Below are positions 1 to 9,517 of a stretch of DNA of 64,000 nucleotides, one piece after another; within the stretch, counting starts at the first letter, position 1, and every line of letters begins with the position of its first letter. Source of the stretch: Limnothrix sp. BL-A-16 (GTDB lineage: Bacteria > Cyanobacteriota > Cyanobacteriia > CACIAM-69d); the NCBI GenBank assembly GCA_041937175.2, contig CP166615.1:96001-160000 (forward strand). The letters are read 5' to 3'. The translations under genes were made by a program, and so were the position numbers. The notes under the pieces were generated by a model. That model searched no databases and was not told where the DNA came from. It saw only the letters and a program-made list of their open reading frames with translations.

Positions 1-1
1 A

Positions 2-958
2 CATTGCCGCGTGTTTGCTCTGGATCTAATTGGTTTTGGGGGATCGGCCAAGCCCACGCCCGATCGGGAAATTCACTACACCTTCGAGACTTGGGGGCAG
101 TTGGTGGCGGACTTTTGCCGCGAGGTGGTTGGGGAAGCGGCGTTTTTGGTGGGCAACTCGATCGGCTGCGTGGTGGCCATGCAGGCGGCCGTGGACCATC
201 CCGAGCTGGCGCGGGCGGTGGTGTTGCTGAACTGTTCCTTGCGCCTGTTGCACGATCGCCGCCGGGCCGAGCTGCCCTGGTTCAAGCGGGTTGGCTCCGG
301 CTATTTGCAAAAAATCTTGGGTTGGCCTTGGTTAGGCCGGACTTTTTTCCAACAAATTGCCCAGCCGGCCACCGTGCGCAAAATTCTTTGCCAAGCCTAT
401 CGAGACACCAGCGCGGTGACGGATGAGCTGGTGGAGATTCTGATGGAACCAGCACGCGATCCGGGGGCGGCCGATGTGTTTTTGGCCTTCACGCGCTATT
501 CCCAAGGGCCGTTGCCGGAGGACTTGTTCCCGAAGCTGCCTTGTCCGGCCATGATTCTGTGGGGCGCGGCGGATCCTTGGGAGCCGATCGAGCGCGGGTT
601 GGCCTTCGAGCAATACCCAGCCGTTGAGCGGTTTGTGAACTTGGAAGGGGTCGGCCACTGCCCCCAAGACGAGGCTCCCAAGCAGGTGAACTATTTGCTG
701 CGGGATTGGATTCTTTGGAAAGCGGCGGCCAAGCAGCAGCATTCGCCCTTGTCGATCGGGGATTGGGTGGAAATTGCAGTGGTGCGGCCCGATGGAGACC
801 CAATTTGGAACGGCTTGCGCGGCCAGGTGGAACAGGTGGGCGATCGGGCGGTGACGGTGCGAGTGGAACAGGGCCAAGGCATCCGGCACTTCTATCGAGA
901 AGATGTGAGGGCGATCGAACCGCCGACGGATTTGGAGTGGGAAAAGGACGGGGAATAG
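2..958 (+). CDS. Alpha/beta hydrolase fold protein (5' truncated by window edge) with extra C-terminal SH3/KOW-like segment
   Basis: DLIGFGGS, nucleophile GNSIG, WGAADPW and GHCPQDE motifs; frame open to the window start. Confidence 0.85.
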   Translation, partial: HCRVFALDLIGFGGSAKPTPDREIHYTFETWGQLVADFCREVVGEAAFLVGNSIGCVVAMQAAVDHPELARAVVLLNCSLRLLHDRRRAELPWFKRVGSGYLQKILGWPWLGRTFFQQIAQPATVRKILCQAYRDTSAVTDELVEILMEPARDPGAADVFLAFTRYSQGPLPEDLFPKLPCPAMILWGAADPWEPIERGLAFEQYPAVERFVNLEGVGHCPQDEAPKQVNYLLRDWILWKAAAKQQHSPLSIGDWVEIAVVRPDGDPIWNGLRGQVEQVGDRAVTVRVEQGQGIRHFYREDVRAIEPPTDLEWEKDGE

Positions 959-1076
959 GTTGCGCAGGGGGCCCATCAACGCCGCCGGATCCGGCCCATC
1001 ACTGCCCGATCGCCCCTGATACAATGGGGCCGAGCCGCTTAAACAAAACTTGATTTAAATCCCGAGAGCGATCGCT

Positions 1077-2354
1077 ATGGAAACGCCCGTCACCGACCTG
1101 GCCCCCGAGACCCAAGACAGCGCTGCCCAAACCACCGCCCCTCTGGATACCAAAGCATTTCGGCGATCGCTGAATCATTCCGATAATTATTTTCGGCGCG
1201 GGTTTGGTCACGGAGCAGCGGTGGCTGAAACCATGGCCACCTCTTACCAAAGCGGTTTAATTCAAGAATTGCGGGCTAATGGCAATGTGTTGACCCGGGG
1301 CGATGTGACCATTCGCCTAGCCCAAGCATTCGGGTTTTGTTGGGGAGTTGAACGGGCGGTGGCCATGGCCTATGAAGCCCGCAAACAATTCCCCACGGAG
1401 CGGATTTGGATCACCAATGAAATCATCCACAATCCATCGGTGAATGACCATTTGCGACAGATGGGCGTGTTGTTCATTGAAGTGAACCATGGCCAAAAAG
1501 ACTTCTCGGTGGTGAAGCGAGGAGACGTGGTGATTCTGCCGGCCTTTGGGGCCAGTGTGCAGGAAATGCAACTGTTGAACGATCGCGGTTGCATCATCGT
1601 AGACACCACCTGTCCTTGGGTAGCAAAGGTGTGGAACAGCGTTGAAAAACACAAAAAAAGCGATTACACCTCGATCGTTCATGGGAAATACAACCATGAG
1701 GAAACGATCGCTACTAGCTCCTTTGCCAATAAATATTTGGTTGTGCTGAATATGGAGCAGGCGGAATACGTCAGCAACTATATTCTGCAAGGTGGAGATA
1801 AGACAGAATTCCTCGCCAAATTTGCCAAGGCCTGTTCGCAGGGGTTCGATCCCGATCGGGATCTCGATCGGGTGGGTGTGGCGAACCAAACCACCATGCT
1901 CAAGAGCGAAACCGAAGAGATCGGGAAGCTGTTTGAGCGCACCATGATGCAGCGGTTTGGCCCCGACAAACTGAACGATCACTTCATGAGTTTCAACACC
2001 ATTTGTGATGCTACCCAAGAACGGCAAGATGCCATGTTTGAGTTGGTGGATGCGCCGATGGATTTGATGATTGTGATTGGTGGGTTTAACTCTTCCAACA
2101 CCACCCATTTGCAGGAAATTGCCATCGAACGGAACATCCCTTCCTATCACATTGACAGCGCCGATCGAATTCTGGATGAACGGGCGATCGAGCACAAACC
2201 CCTCCACGGCGACATCGAACGTGCCGAAAACTGGTTACCCGCCGGGCCGATTACTGTGGGCATCACTTCCGGTGCGTCCACACCGGATAAGGCCGTTGAG
2301 GAAACGATCGAGCGAATTTTTGCCTGCAAAGAGCGCCTCGCTCAATTAGGTTAG
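1077..2354 (+). CDS. ispH: 4-hydroxy-3-methylbut-2-enyl diphosphate reductase
   Basis: [47 protein letters not shown]. Confidence 0.97.
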   Translation: METPVTDLAPETQDSAAQTTAPLDTKAFRRSLNHSDNYFRRGFGHGAAVAETMATSYQSGLIQELRANGNVLTRGDVTIRLAQAFGFCWGVERAVAMAYEARKQFPTERIWITNEIIHNPSVNDHLRQMGVLFIEVNHGQKDFSVVKRGDVVILPAFGASVQEMQLLNDRGCIIVDTTCPWVAKVWNSVEKHKKSDYTSIVHGKYNHEETIATSSFANKYLVVLNMEQAEYVSNYILQGGDKTEFLAKFAKACSQGFDPDRDLDRVGVANQTTMLKSETEEIGKLFERTMMQRFGPDKLNDHFMSFNTICDATQERQDAMFELVDAPMDLMIVIGGFNSSNTTHLQEIAIERNIPSYHIDSADRILDERAIEHKPLHGDIERAENWLPAGPITVGITSGASTPDKAVEETIERIFACKERLAQLG

Positions 2355-2369
2355 CCAGAATCTTGATCC

Positions 2370-2505
2370 TGAAAGACTGTCGAAAAGCCAAACTTGCTAC
2401 TCTGTATGCCCTAGGGATCGGCCCAGACAAGGAGCTTCAGCCCCTTGCCCCATGACAGTTGATGGGCGATCGTGATAGGCAACTTTGCTAGCCGACAAAA
2501 GCCCC
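2370..2505. repeat. Degenerate copy of the hairpin-core MITE/REP-like family
   Basis: Core caaggagcttcagccccttg at ~2428; left arm resembles the 28917 copy (gaaaagccaaa...tactctg). Confidence 0.55.
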
Positions 2506-2518
2506 ATCAAAAATGCCA

Positions 2519-2559
2519 TAAAAACGGGGTTCTGGTTAAGAGCCAGTACCCCGTTTTTT
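2519..2559. terminator. Probable (bidirectional) intrinsic terminator downstream of ispH
   Basis: AAAAACGGGGT-TCTGG...CCAG-T-ACCCCGTTTTTT stem-loop with A and T tails. Confidence 0.7.
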
Positions 2560-2573
2560 GTGGCAAAAGCTTA

Positions 2574-2848
2574 GAGGATGTCTGAGCAGTAACGACTTGC
2601 AAAGCACTAGCAGTCGTGGGGGCAAGGGGCTTAAGCCCCTTGTCTCTATCGGTCAAATTGATCGATAAGACCCACAAGGTAGCATTTCGATTGTTTAGAC
2701 ATCCCCTCAGAGGATGTCTAAAAAGTATCTTTCGGCACGGGCAATGCACCAAGAGTCGTGGGGGCAAGGGGCTTAAGCCCCTTGTCTCTATCGGTCAAAT
2801 TGATCGATAAGACCCACAAGGTAGCATTTTGATTGTTGAGACATCCCC
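2574..2848. mobile_element. Two tandem MITE-like elements (arm type A, TIR GAGGATGTCT...AGACATCCCC), each with central CAAGGGGCTTAAGCCCCTTG
   Basis: tta[2574-2706]tca[2710-2848]tca; cores at 2623 and 2765; ~95 bp nearly identical between the copies. Confidence 0.8.
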
Positions 2849-3024
2849 TCACAGCAACTTGAGTTGACTAGGGAATTTAGATCCCTATGTTTGAACCCAA
2901 TAGCTAGATCCAATCTTAGTTGACCTCAATCATTCCATCAGAGAAATGCTGCTAGAGAGAACCTGTTAGATATTGTGTCCTTTGCCTTCTTTGCTTGACC
3001 TTTATTGAACCTTTGCTCGTGGAG

Positions 3025-3324
3025 CTAAAAGCGTCTGGTGGCCAGATCGCGACCATCCGATAACCCCAACGATTCCACCCGATCGCCTCTGGATTCCGTA
3101 ACTCGTTCAGCTACTTCTTGGTAGCGGTTTTTATAGCGTTGCTGCGCGATCGACAGCAGCAAATAAACCACCGCCAAATAGACCACCGATGCACCCAAAA
3201 TGGTCCAAGACGTTTGCTGCGGAAACACCAAATGCGCCACATTATGAATCGGCAATGAATACCGATTTGCGATCACCAATCCTTGGTAGAGGGCCAATCC
3301 CACCAACAGTCCCAGCGCGTTCAT
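3025..3324 (-). CDS. Small hypothetical membrane protein, possibly the remnant of a longer gene
   Basis: Two hydrophobic stretches; in-frame TGA at 3400-3402 upstream; no family recognised. Confidence 0.35.
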   Translation of the reverse strand: MNALGLLVGLALYQGLVIANRYSLPIHNVAHLVFPQQTSWTILGASVVYLAVVYLLLSIAQQRYKNRYQEVAERVTESRGDRVESLGLSDGRDLATRRF

Positions 3325-3815
3325 AGCAGTAACTGTACATGAATATAGTTTTTGTGAGCTGAAAATATGGTCGCGCTGAAGCCAGCACTGAAATATGGTT
3401 CAGAACGCGATCGACATCCCCCGGTCGCCGTTCCAAAACAATGACAGCACTCACCATGGCGCACACCAAGGCCGAACCCTGACTCAAGGCAATTGAGAAT
3501 CGGAGTCCAACCTAGTGCTTAACCCCTATCTGGGTCTGGGCCTCACTGAATAGAACCATCCCATCGGGAACCGAAACACCCTTAAGGGTGCTGATTCGCG
3601 ATCGCTACCGGATTGGTTCGGGTCAGCAGACCTGATAGCGGCTTGGATCTGGTCGTCTTTGTGTGAGAATGCTCGTGCAATTCACATTTCGGAGTCCAGT
3701 CCTATTCAATTCGGCAAAGCTTGCAGCGGGCAGCTTTCCCATGAAGTTTTTAGAAACCCCTGACCTATAGAATAACACCTGATTTCTCAGGGTTGACAGT
3801 GAATTTTTGGTGGTT

Positions 3816-3833
3816 TTTACAAATCTTTAGAAA
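3816..3833 (+). promoter_or_regulatory. HLR1-like (RpaB) direct repeat upstream of sds
   Basis: TTTACAAA-TC-TTTAGAAA vs (G/T)TTACA(T/A)(T/A)-N2 repeat; a second weaker site at 3963-3980 on the minus strand. Confidence 0.5.
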
Positions 3834-4003
3834 TCCCCAAAAGCCCGTATTGATGGGCATTCGTGCAACAGCGATCCCCGATCAATCACCGTAATCTTGA
3901 CAAATCCCGATCCCACTCATCTACGCGGATTGGTCTGGGGTTAGCTTAAAATAATCACAGAATGCGTAAAATTTCGTAACCTGATGCTGCACCGGGCCAA
4001 TCC

Positions 4004-4975
4004 ATGACCTCGACGATTTCCCTGCTTTCTCCGGTTGAAGCCGATCTTGATGCCATGACGATGAACCTGCGCAAGCTGGTTGGCGCAAAGCATCCGATCC
4101 TCTATGCAGCGGCAGAGCACTTGTTTAGTGCAGGCGGCAAGCGTTTGCGACCGGCGATTGTGTTGTTGGTGGCCCGGGCCACGATGGGGTCAGCGGAAAT
4201 TACGGCCCGACATCGACGGTTGGCAGAAATTACGGAAATGATCCACACGGCCAGCTTGGTTCACGATGATGTGGTGGATGAAGCCGGAACGCGACGGGGT
4301 GTGCCCACGGTACACAGTCGTTTCAATAACCGGGTGGCGGTGCTGGCGGGCGATTTCCTCTTTGCCCAGTCCTCTTGGTATTTGGCAAATTTGGACAATC
4401 TGGAAGTGGTGAAGCTGCTTTCGGAAGTGATTATGAATTTGGCGGAGGGCGAAATTGACCAGGGCCTCAATCGCTTTGACACCAGCCTGACCCTGGAAGC
4501 CTATCTACAAAAGAGCTACTACAAAACCGCATCGCTGGTGGCCAACAGTTCCAAGGCGGCGGCGATTTTGAGCGATGTGGAGCGATCGGTGGCCGAACGC
4601 CTCTATAGCTACGGTCGCCATGTGGGGTTGGCGTTCCAGGTGGTGGATGACATTTTGGATTTCACCAGTTCCGATGAAGTGCTCGGGAAACCGGCGGGGT
4701 CGGATTTGCGCAGCGGCAATCTGACGGCTCCGGTTTTGTATGCGCTGGAGGAGTTTCCCCAACTGGAGGGGCCGATCGAGCGGGAGTTTTCAGAGGAGGG
4801 CGATATTGAAACGGCCCTGGAGTTGGTGCGATCGAGCCAGGGCATTGAGCGGTCTCGTGCTTTGGCGAAACATCATGTGGAGCAGGCGATCGAGGATGTG
4901 ATGGTGTTGGCTCCGTCGGCGGCGCGGGAGGCCTTGGTGGGGCTGGCACATTACGCGATCGAACGGATTTACTAA
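4004..4975 (+). CDS. sds: Solanesyl diphosphate synthase (trans-prenyltransferase)
   Basis: GGKRLRP, HTASLVHDDVVD, RRG, KTASL, FQVVDDILD. Confidence 0.93.
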   Translation: MTSTISLLSPVEADLDAMTMNLRKLVGAKHPILYAAAEHLFSAGGKRLRPAIVLLVARATMGSAEITARHRRLAEITEMIHTASLVHDDVVDEAGTRRGVPTVHSRFNNRVAVLAGDFLFAQSSWYLANLDNLEVVKLLSEVIMNLAEGEIDQGLNRFDTSLTLEAYLQKSYYKTASLVANSSKAAAILSDVERSVAERLYSYGRHVGLAFQVVDDILDFTSSDEVLGKPAGSDLRSGNLTAPVLYALEEFPQLEGPIEREFSEEGDIETALELVRSSQGIERSRALAKHHVEQAIEDVMVLAPSAAREALVGLAHYAIERIY

Positions 4976-5146
4976 GGCTGACTGGGTTTCCAGGGGGTCG
5001 ATCGGGTGATGATCGCCAACGGGTGATCATCCCAGATCAATCACGATCTCAAACCAGCAACCACTCCAGACAAGGCGCTCAAGCACCTTGCCCCCCAGGA
5101 TCCTGCGATGTAAGAACCGAGGGTTTGCGAATCCGAGCGATCGGCC

Positions 5147-6079
5147 CTAGCGTTTGGGATGGGGTTTCAGGATGCGTTTGGCCTTGGTCAGGGCCCGTTG
5201 CCAGATCGATCGTGATGGTGGCGGAGCCAAAGGAGAAACGGTCGGCTTCGGTTCGTGTAAATACCGATATTTCTCCCACAGTTCCCAGTAGGGACAACCG
5301 GGCTGAAGTCGAATGCCCGCCCAATGCAGATAGGGAACGGGTTTGTTGACTTTCGGATCGATCAAGCGATCGCCCTGCCAAACAAAATGTTTGCTACCGG
5401 CCCAGCTTCCGGGCCCCTTTTCGGGCCGCTGTGTCCAATTCCAACGCTTAGGAAATCGCCGTAAAACCATGTAGTTAATGATGGGTTGGTCGGACGTTTT
5501 CTTAGAAAAATCAAAATATTCTGGGTGAGCGGCACATTCAGCGAAGGTGTCGTACAAATCCTGTTCGGTGATTAATCCTTTGCGAGATCCCCACAAACCG
5601 CCGTTAAAAGTTCCCCGCAGATCTTCTTCTGTAAAAACACCCTGGTCTAGAACGGTTGATGTGAAAACGTCCTTCATGCCGCCAGCATGTTGATAGTCAT
5701 AGCAAACAAAGTCTGCTTCGGACAGCGCATCAAGGCATTGAATAATCGGCTCAAAAACAATCAGGTCTGTGTCAATGTAGAGAAATTCATCAAAGGGGCC
5801 AAACCAGCAAGCTTGTTTACGAAACTGATTCGGACGAGCGAAAAATTCTTGACCAAAGATGCTTTGAAGCTGAACAGAAAGGCGTTGAATAAACTCTAAA
5901 TCTTCAAATAATAAAACACCGAATCGATCGCTCAGAATTTTGGCAACCTTTTGGTAGTGATCATCATAGGGAATGAGCATAACGGGTGTTTCGGCATCAG
6001 TTGCCCGAATACTTTCGAGCAGCGTGATCGCATGTTCCGTTACTTTGTCATTGGCGATGATATAAAATCCACGACTCAT
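5147..6079 (-). CDS. GT-A/GT8-like glycosyltransferase (cyanobacterial Npun_R2821/R2822-type)
   Basis: FLYIDTD (DxD), FNGGLW, SDQPIINY, YLHWAG motifs. Confidence 0.7.
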   Translation of the reverse strand: MSRGFYIIANDKVTEHAITLLESIRATDAETPVMLIPYDDHYQKVAKILSDRFGVLLFEDLEFIQRLSVQLQSIFGQEFFARPNQFRKQACWFGPFDEFLYIDTDLIVFEPIIQCLDALSEADFVCYDYQHAGGMKDVFTSTVLDQGVFTEEDLRGTFNGGLWGSRKGLITEQDLYDTFAECAAHPEYFDFSKKTSDQPIINYMVLRRFPKRWNWTQRPEKGPGSWAGSKHFVWQGDRLIDPKVNKPVPYLHWAGIRLQPGCPYWELWEKYRYLHEPKPTVSPLAPPPSRSIWQRALTKAKRILKPHPKR

Positions 6080-6314
6080 AGCCGATCGATCCTTTGCAAT
6101 TCAGTTCAGCCGATCCATTGCCATTTCAGCATAGGCCTGAACCTTTATTCTTGCCATCGGTTGCCAAATCCCCATAAATCGGAGCCATCTTGGATTGTGC
6201 TCAAAGATGGTGTGCTCAAAGATGATGGGCCCAAGAATGATGCGCCCAGGGACGATCGGTTGGGAAAAATTGAGCGATGAGATTGATCAAAAATAATCGG
6301 CTCAGAAATTCAAA

Positions 6315-6343
6315 GGGGCGATCGAACCCGCTCGATCGCCCCC
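6315..6343 (-). terminator. Stem-loop downstream of pilQ built from HIP1-like arms
   Basis: GGGGCGATCGA-acccgc-TCGATCGCCCC followed on the minus strand by TTT. Confidence 0.5.
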
Positions 6344-6398
6344 CAATTTGCTCGATGGATGCCGTGAATCCCTGAAAACAGCAACCGCCAGTGTTTTT

Positions 6399-8612
6399 CT
6401 ATCGCATGTTGGTGCGTTGAATTAACTCTTGGGCTTCCCGGCTAGGCGTATAGCTGTAGCCAGCGGTTGAAGCGTTCGAGTCGTCCAGCAGTTGCGGCGT
6501 GAGCAACACCACCAACTCCTTGCGCTCATTGCGGCGATCGGTACGGCGGAACAAAGACCCCAACAGCGGCAAGTCACCCAAAATCGGAATCTTGCGCACT
6601 TCGCTGCGATCCGTGTCTTGAATAATGCCTGCCAGGACTAGGGTTTGGCCATCCCGAATCCGAATCGTGCCGGATGATAGCTTCCGCTCAGACAGTAAAG
6701 TGGCAAAGGCATTATCTTCAAGGGCCCCAAACCGATCAATCGGAACTTTCAGCGAGGGCGAAACCGACAGGGTAACAAAACCATTGTCATCGATTCGATC
6801 GACTTGAATCCCCAAAACGAGACCAGCTTTTTCCTTTTCAATGGTGAAAGTCGTGTTGCTCACACCATTGGACACTTCCGTTTCCGCCTCCACGGTTCCC
6901 ACCACTTCTTCAGTGAGTTCCACATTGGCCACTTGCCCTTCCTGAACCACCAAGGTTGGATCGGTCAGAATCTTGGCATTTCCGTTAATCACAGAAGCTT
7001 GGAGCTGGGCTAGGAAATCGTTGGCGATGTTAAAGCCATTGGGATTTTGACCATTCACATCGCCCGAAATTGAAAGGGGAACCGAAACGGGCCCAAACCC
7101 AACGGACTCGGGAGCCAAGTTGGTGGAGTAGGGCGCGCCCCGATCGCTCCAGTTAATCACCCCAATGCCGCCCGTGTTGACGATGCGAGTGCCACCCACC
7201 CCAAAGGAGAAACTCGTACCCAGGCGATCGTTTTGCAGCAGGTTGATGTCAATTACCCGCACATTCACCACCACCTGACGCAGGCGGCTATCAATCCGCG
7301 ACAACTGCTCAGAAGCCAGGGCGACCAAATCCCGCTGCCCCACCAAGGTGATGGTGTTGGTGCGCTGATCTACCGCAATTTGCAGGCCGCGAAGAATCGG
7401 CACCGAATCTTTCGGGTCATAGCGAAGCGGGTTAATGACCGTGCGCTCACTGGTGCGGGTTTGGGTCAAGGGAGCCGCTTGGACTTGCGCATCACCACCG
7501 CCCTGCTGCTGTTGCTCTGCCCCGATCCGCACAACCTCCGTGGTTCGCTCCGTGGCCGCCGTGGCACTTTCGGCCCCCAAAATCACCAAGTAACCGGCCG
7601 CTTCGTTGGCCCGCACTTGGTTGAGGCGCACGGAACGCATGGCCACATCCCGGGCCGCGTTGGGCAAACTCCGGCCCACAAAAATGGTGCGACCATTGCG
7701 GCTGGCCTGAAGACCACTAATCCGCAAGACGTAGTTGAAAACGTCCTGGGCCGATTCGTTTTCAATGTCGAGGCTAATGCGAGCATCGGCTCCGGTGGTG
7801 GGAGGCGTGCCGGGAGCGGTGGGGCTGCCGGGGGTGGGGCCAGCCGCGTTGTCCGCAAAGGCAATGTTCACGCCGCTGGCCCGGGCTAGCAGCGACAACA
7901 CTTCACGCACGGGGGCTTCTCGCAACACCAAACGGGGGATGATTTGGCTGCTGCCCAGGTTGATGGTGTAGGGCTGGATCGGTAGATCGGAAATGGCAAT
8001 GTCGCCAACGGGTGGGGCGATCGCCCGGGGCATGGTGGGAGGAGCCACCGCCGGACTGAGCACGGCCGGTTGACCGTCGATGGTGATGGTGGGGTTGGGA
8101 ACCAGGACGTTGGGTGCGCCGTTGCCAACCGGCGAGCCGGTGTTGGCAGGTGTTTGGGCCACGGGGCTACCAGTGTTGCTGGGGGTGCTTGGGGTGCTGG
8201 GGGTGGCCGTGCCGGCATAGCTCAGCAGAACGGCATTGTTGTTGCTGGGGCGAATGCGACCAGTGGGGCGAGCCGTGGTGCCGCGCACCGTTACCTGGAC
8301 GGTGCTCCCATCCAGTTGGGTCACTTCCACGGCCGCAATCCCGGGGGCGGGGTTGGCTCGGGTCACGTTGCCACCGGGAACCACCAACCGCGCGCCGGCC
8401 ACATGGGCAATCAGGCTGGTTCCTTGGGGAGGCAACAGGAACACCTGTGGTCGATCGACCGAATCGGTCACCAATTCCACATCCACACCGCTGCCGCTGC
8501 CGCTGATTCGCACATCCAGCACGTTGGTTTCGGCCAAGGCGGGTTGCACGATCGCCACCGTTGCCAACCCACCCATCAGCGCTGCATTGCCCAAAATCCG
8601 CTCGTAGTTCAC
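6399..8612 (-). CDS. pilQ: Type IV pilus secretin with N-terminal AMIN domain
   Basis: Signal peptide; LVLREAPVREVL; AKILTDPTLVVQEG; RDGQTLVLAGII; KIPILGDLPLLGSLFR; last gene of pilMNOQ. Confidence 0.95.
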   Translation of the reverse strand: MNYERILGNAALMGGLATVAIVQPALAETNVLDVRISGSGSGVDVELVTDSVDRPQVFLLPPQGTSLIAHVAGARLVVPGGNVTRANPAPGIAAVEVTQLDGSTVQVTVRGTTARPTGRIRPSNNNAVLLSYAGTATPSTPSTPSNTGSPVAQTPANTGSPVGNGAPNVLVPNPTITIDGQPAVLSPAVAPPTMPRAIAPPVGDIAISDLPIQPYTINLGSSQIIPRLVLREAPVREVLSLLARASGVNIAFADNAAGPTPGSPTAPGTPPTTGADARISLDIENESAQDVFNYVLRISGLQASRNGRTIFVGRSLPNAARDVAMRSVRLNQVRANEAAGYLVILGAESATAATERTTEVVRIGAEQQQQGGGDAQVQAAPLTQTRTSERTVINPLRYDPKDSVPILRGLQIAVDQRTNTITLVGQRDLVALASEQLSRIDSRLRQVVVNVRVIDINLLQNDRLGTSFSFGVGGTRIVNTGGIGVINWSDRGAPYSTNLAPESVGFGPVSVPLSISGDVNGQNPNGFNIANDFLAQLQASVINGNAKILTDPTLVVQEGQVANVELTEEVVGTVEAETEVSNGVSNTTFTIEKEKAGLVLGIQVDRIDDNGFVTLSVSPSLKVPIDRFGALEDNAFATLLSERKLSSGTIRIRDGQTLVLAGIIQDTDRSEVRKIPILGDLPLLGSLFRRTDRRNERKELVVLLTPQLLDDSNASTAGYSYTPSREAQELIQRTNMR

Positions 8613-8740
8613 CGTTCGCTCCTCACTGCTGTTTTGTCGATCGTGGTTGTTGGGGTTAGGGAAAGGAAAATGGGTGTTCGCCAGGGCGATCGAGTCAGAA
8701 CATCATGATGCTGCGGATCCCTCGGCCCCCAATCTGGCGA

Positions 8741-9517
8741 TTACTTGGGTGCTTCGCCCTCCGGTTTATCTGCGTTTTCGCCTGCTTTGTTGGCTTCGGC
8801 GGCGGCCTGTTGGGCCAACTCCCGAGCCGAGAGTGGTAGGAGCACCTTTAACGAAAAATTGGTTTGAATCCGAACCTGGGGCGCGCCTTGGGCGACAAAT
8901 TGCCCAGTTTTGTCATCAAACCGCACCGCCTGCTTGGAGAGTTTTAGCTCGGAGGTCAAATCATCGATCGCCAGCATCGACTGATAGCGCTCAAGGTTGC
9001 GTAGGATGTTGCCGGTGCGATCATAGTCCGCCTCGAATCCCACCTTCAGCACCAGTTGCCGAATTTTGCTGTTGACCGCATCGCCCCAAGAACCATCGGT
9101 GACCATCTCTTCCGATGGACTTTTGACCGGAACAGGTTCCAGCTTGGTGATTTGGCCAAACTGTTCGGAAACAATCCGGTTGAGATCCAACGGCAGCACC
9201 GAAACCGTGGTGGGGGCGGGAAACAACGCCAGTACTTGCTCTTGGGTGGCGCGGGCCCGCTGTAAGTTGTCGAGGGTTTGCTGCACCTTGCGTTTTTCTT
9301 CGGCCACCTGTTCCAGGCGTTCTCGTTTGGTGGCCACATCCTCTTCAAGCTTTTTGTACTCTTCGTATTGGGGCATCACCACCTGAATCAGGAGCGCCAC
9401 GCCGCCAATGACACCGGCGGCGGCCACAACACCGCCCAGGATGGTGGGTGTGAAGGTAATCCCAAAAACAACGGGATCGCTGGGTTCCGTGACCGCTTGC
9501 TGTGCGCTAAACGCCAT
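8741..9517 (-). CDS. pilO: Type IV pilus assembly protein PilO
   Basis: Start MAFSAQQ at 9517 with AAGGAG RBS, overlapping the pilN stop; PVVFGITFTP TM segment plus coiled coil; between pilN and pilQ. Confidence 0.85.
   Translation of the reverse strand: MAFSAQQAVTEPSDPVVFGITFTPTILGGVVAAAGVIGGVALLIQVVMPQYEEYKKLEEDVATKRERLEQVAEEKRKVQQTLDNLQRARATQEQVLALFPAPTTVSVLPLDLNRIVSEQFGQITKLEPVPVKSPSEEMVTDGSWGDAVNSKIRQLVLKVGFEADYDRTGNILRNLERYQSMLAIDDLTSELKLSKQAVRFDDKTGQFVAQGAPQVRIQTNFSLKVLLPLSARELAQQAAAEANKAGENADKPEGEAPK

Noticed and set aside
2410..2505. CTAGGG...GACAAAAGCCC resembling a guanidine-I/ykkC riboswitch
   Set aside because: Lacks GGTTCCG and the closing GGGAG, has no downstream gene, and is explained by a degenerate repeat copy
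2507..2810. Small ORFs with KGLKPL/RGLSPL motifs (also 15747, 28921, 37494)
   Set aside because: Translations of the palindromic repeat core, not genes
2574..2848. Possible CRISPR array
   Set aside because: Only two ~135-bp units with TIRs; no short repeat/unique spacer pattern and no cas genes
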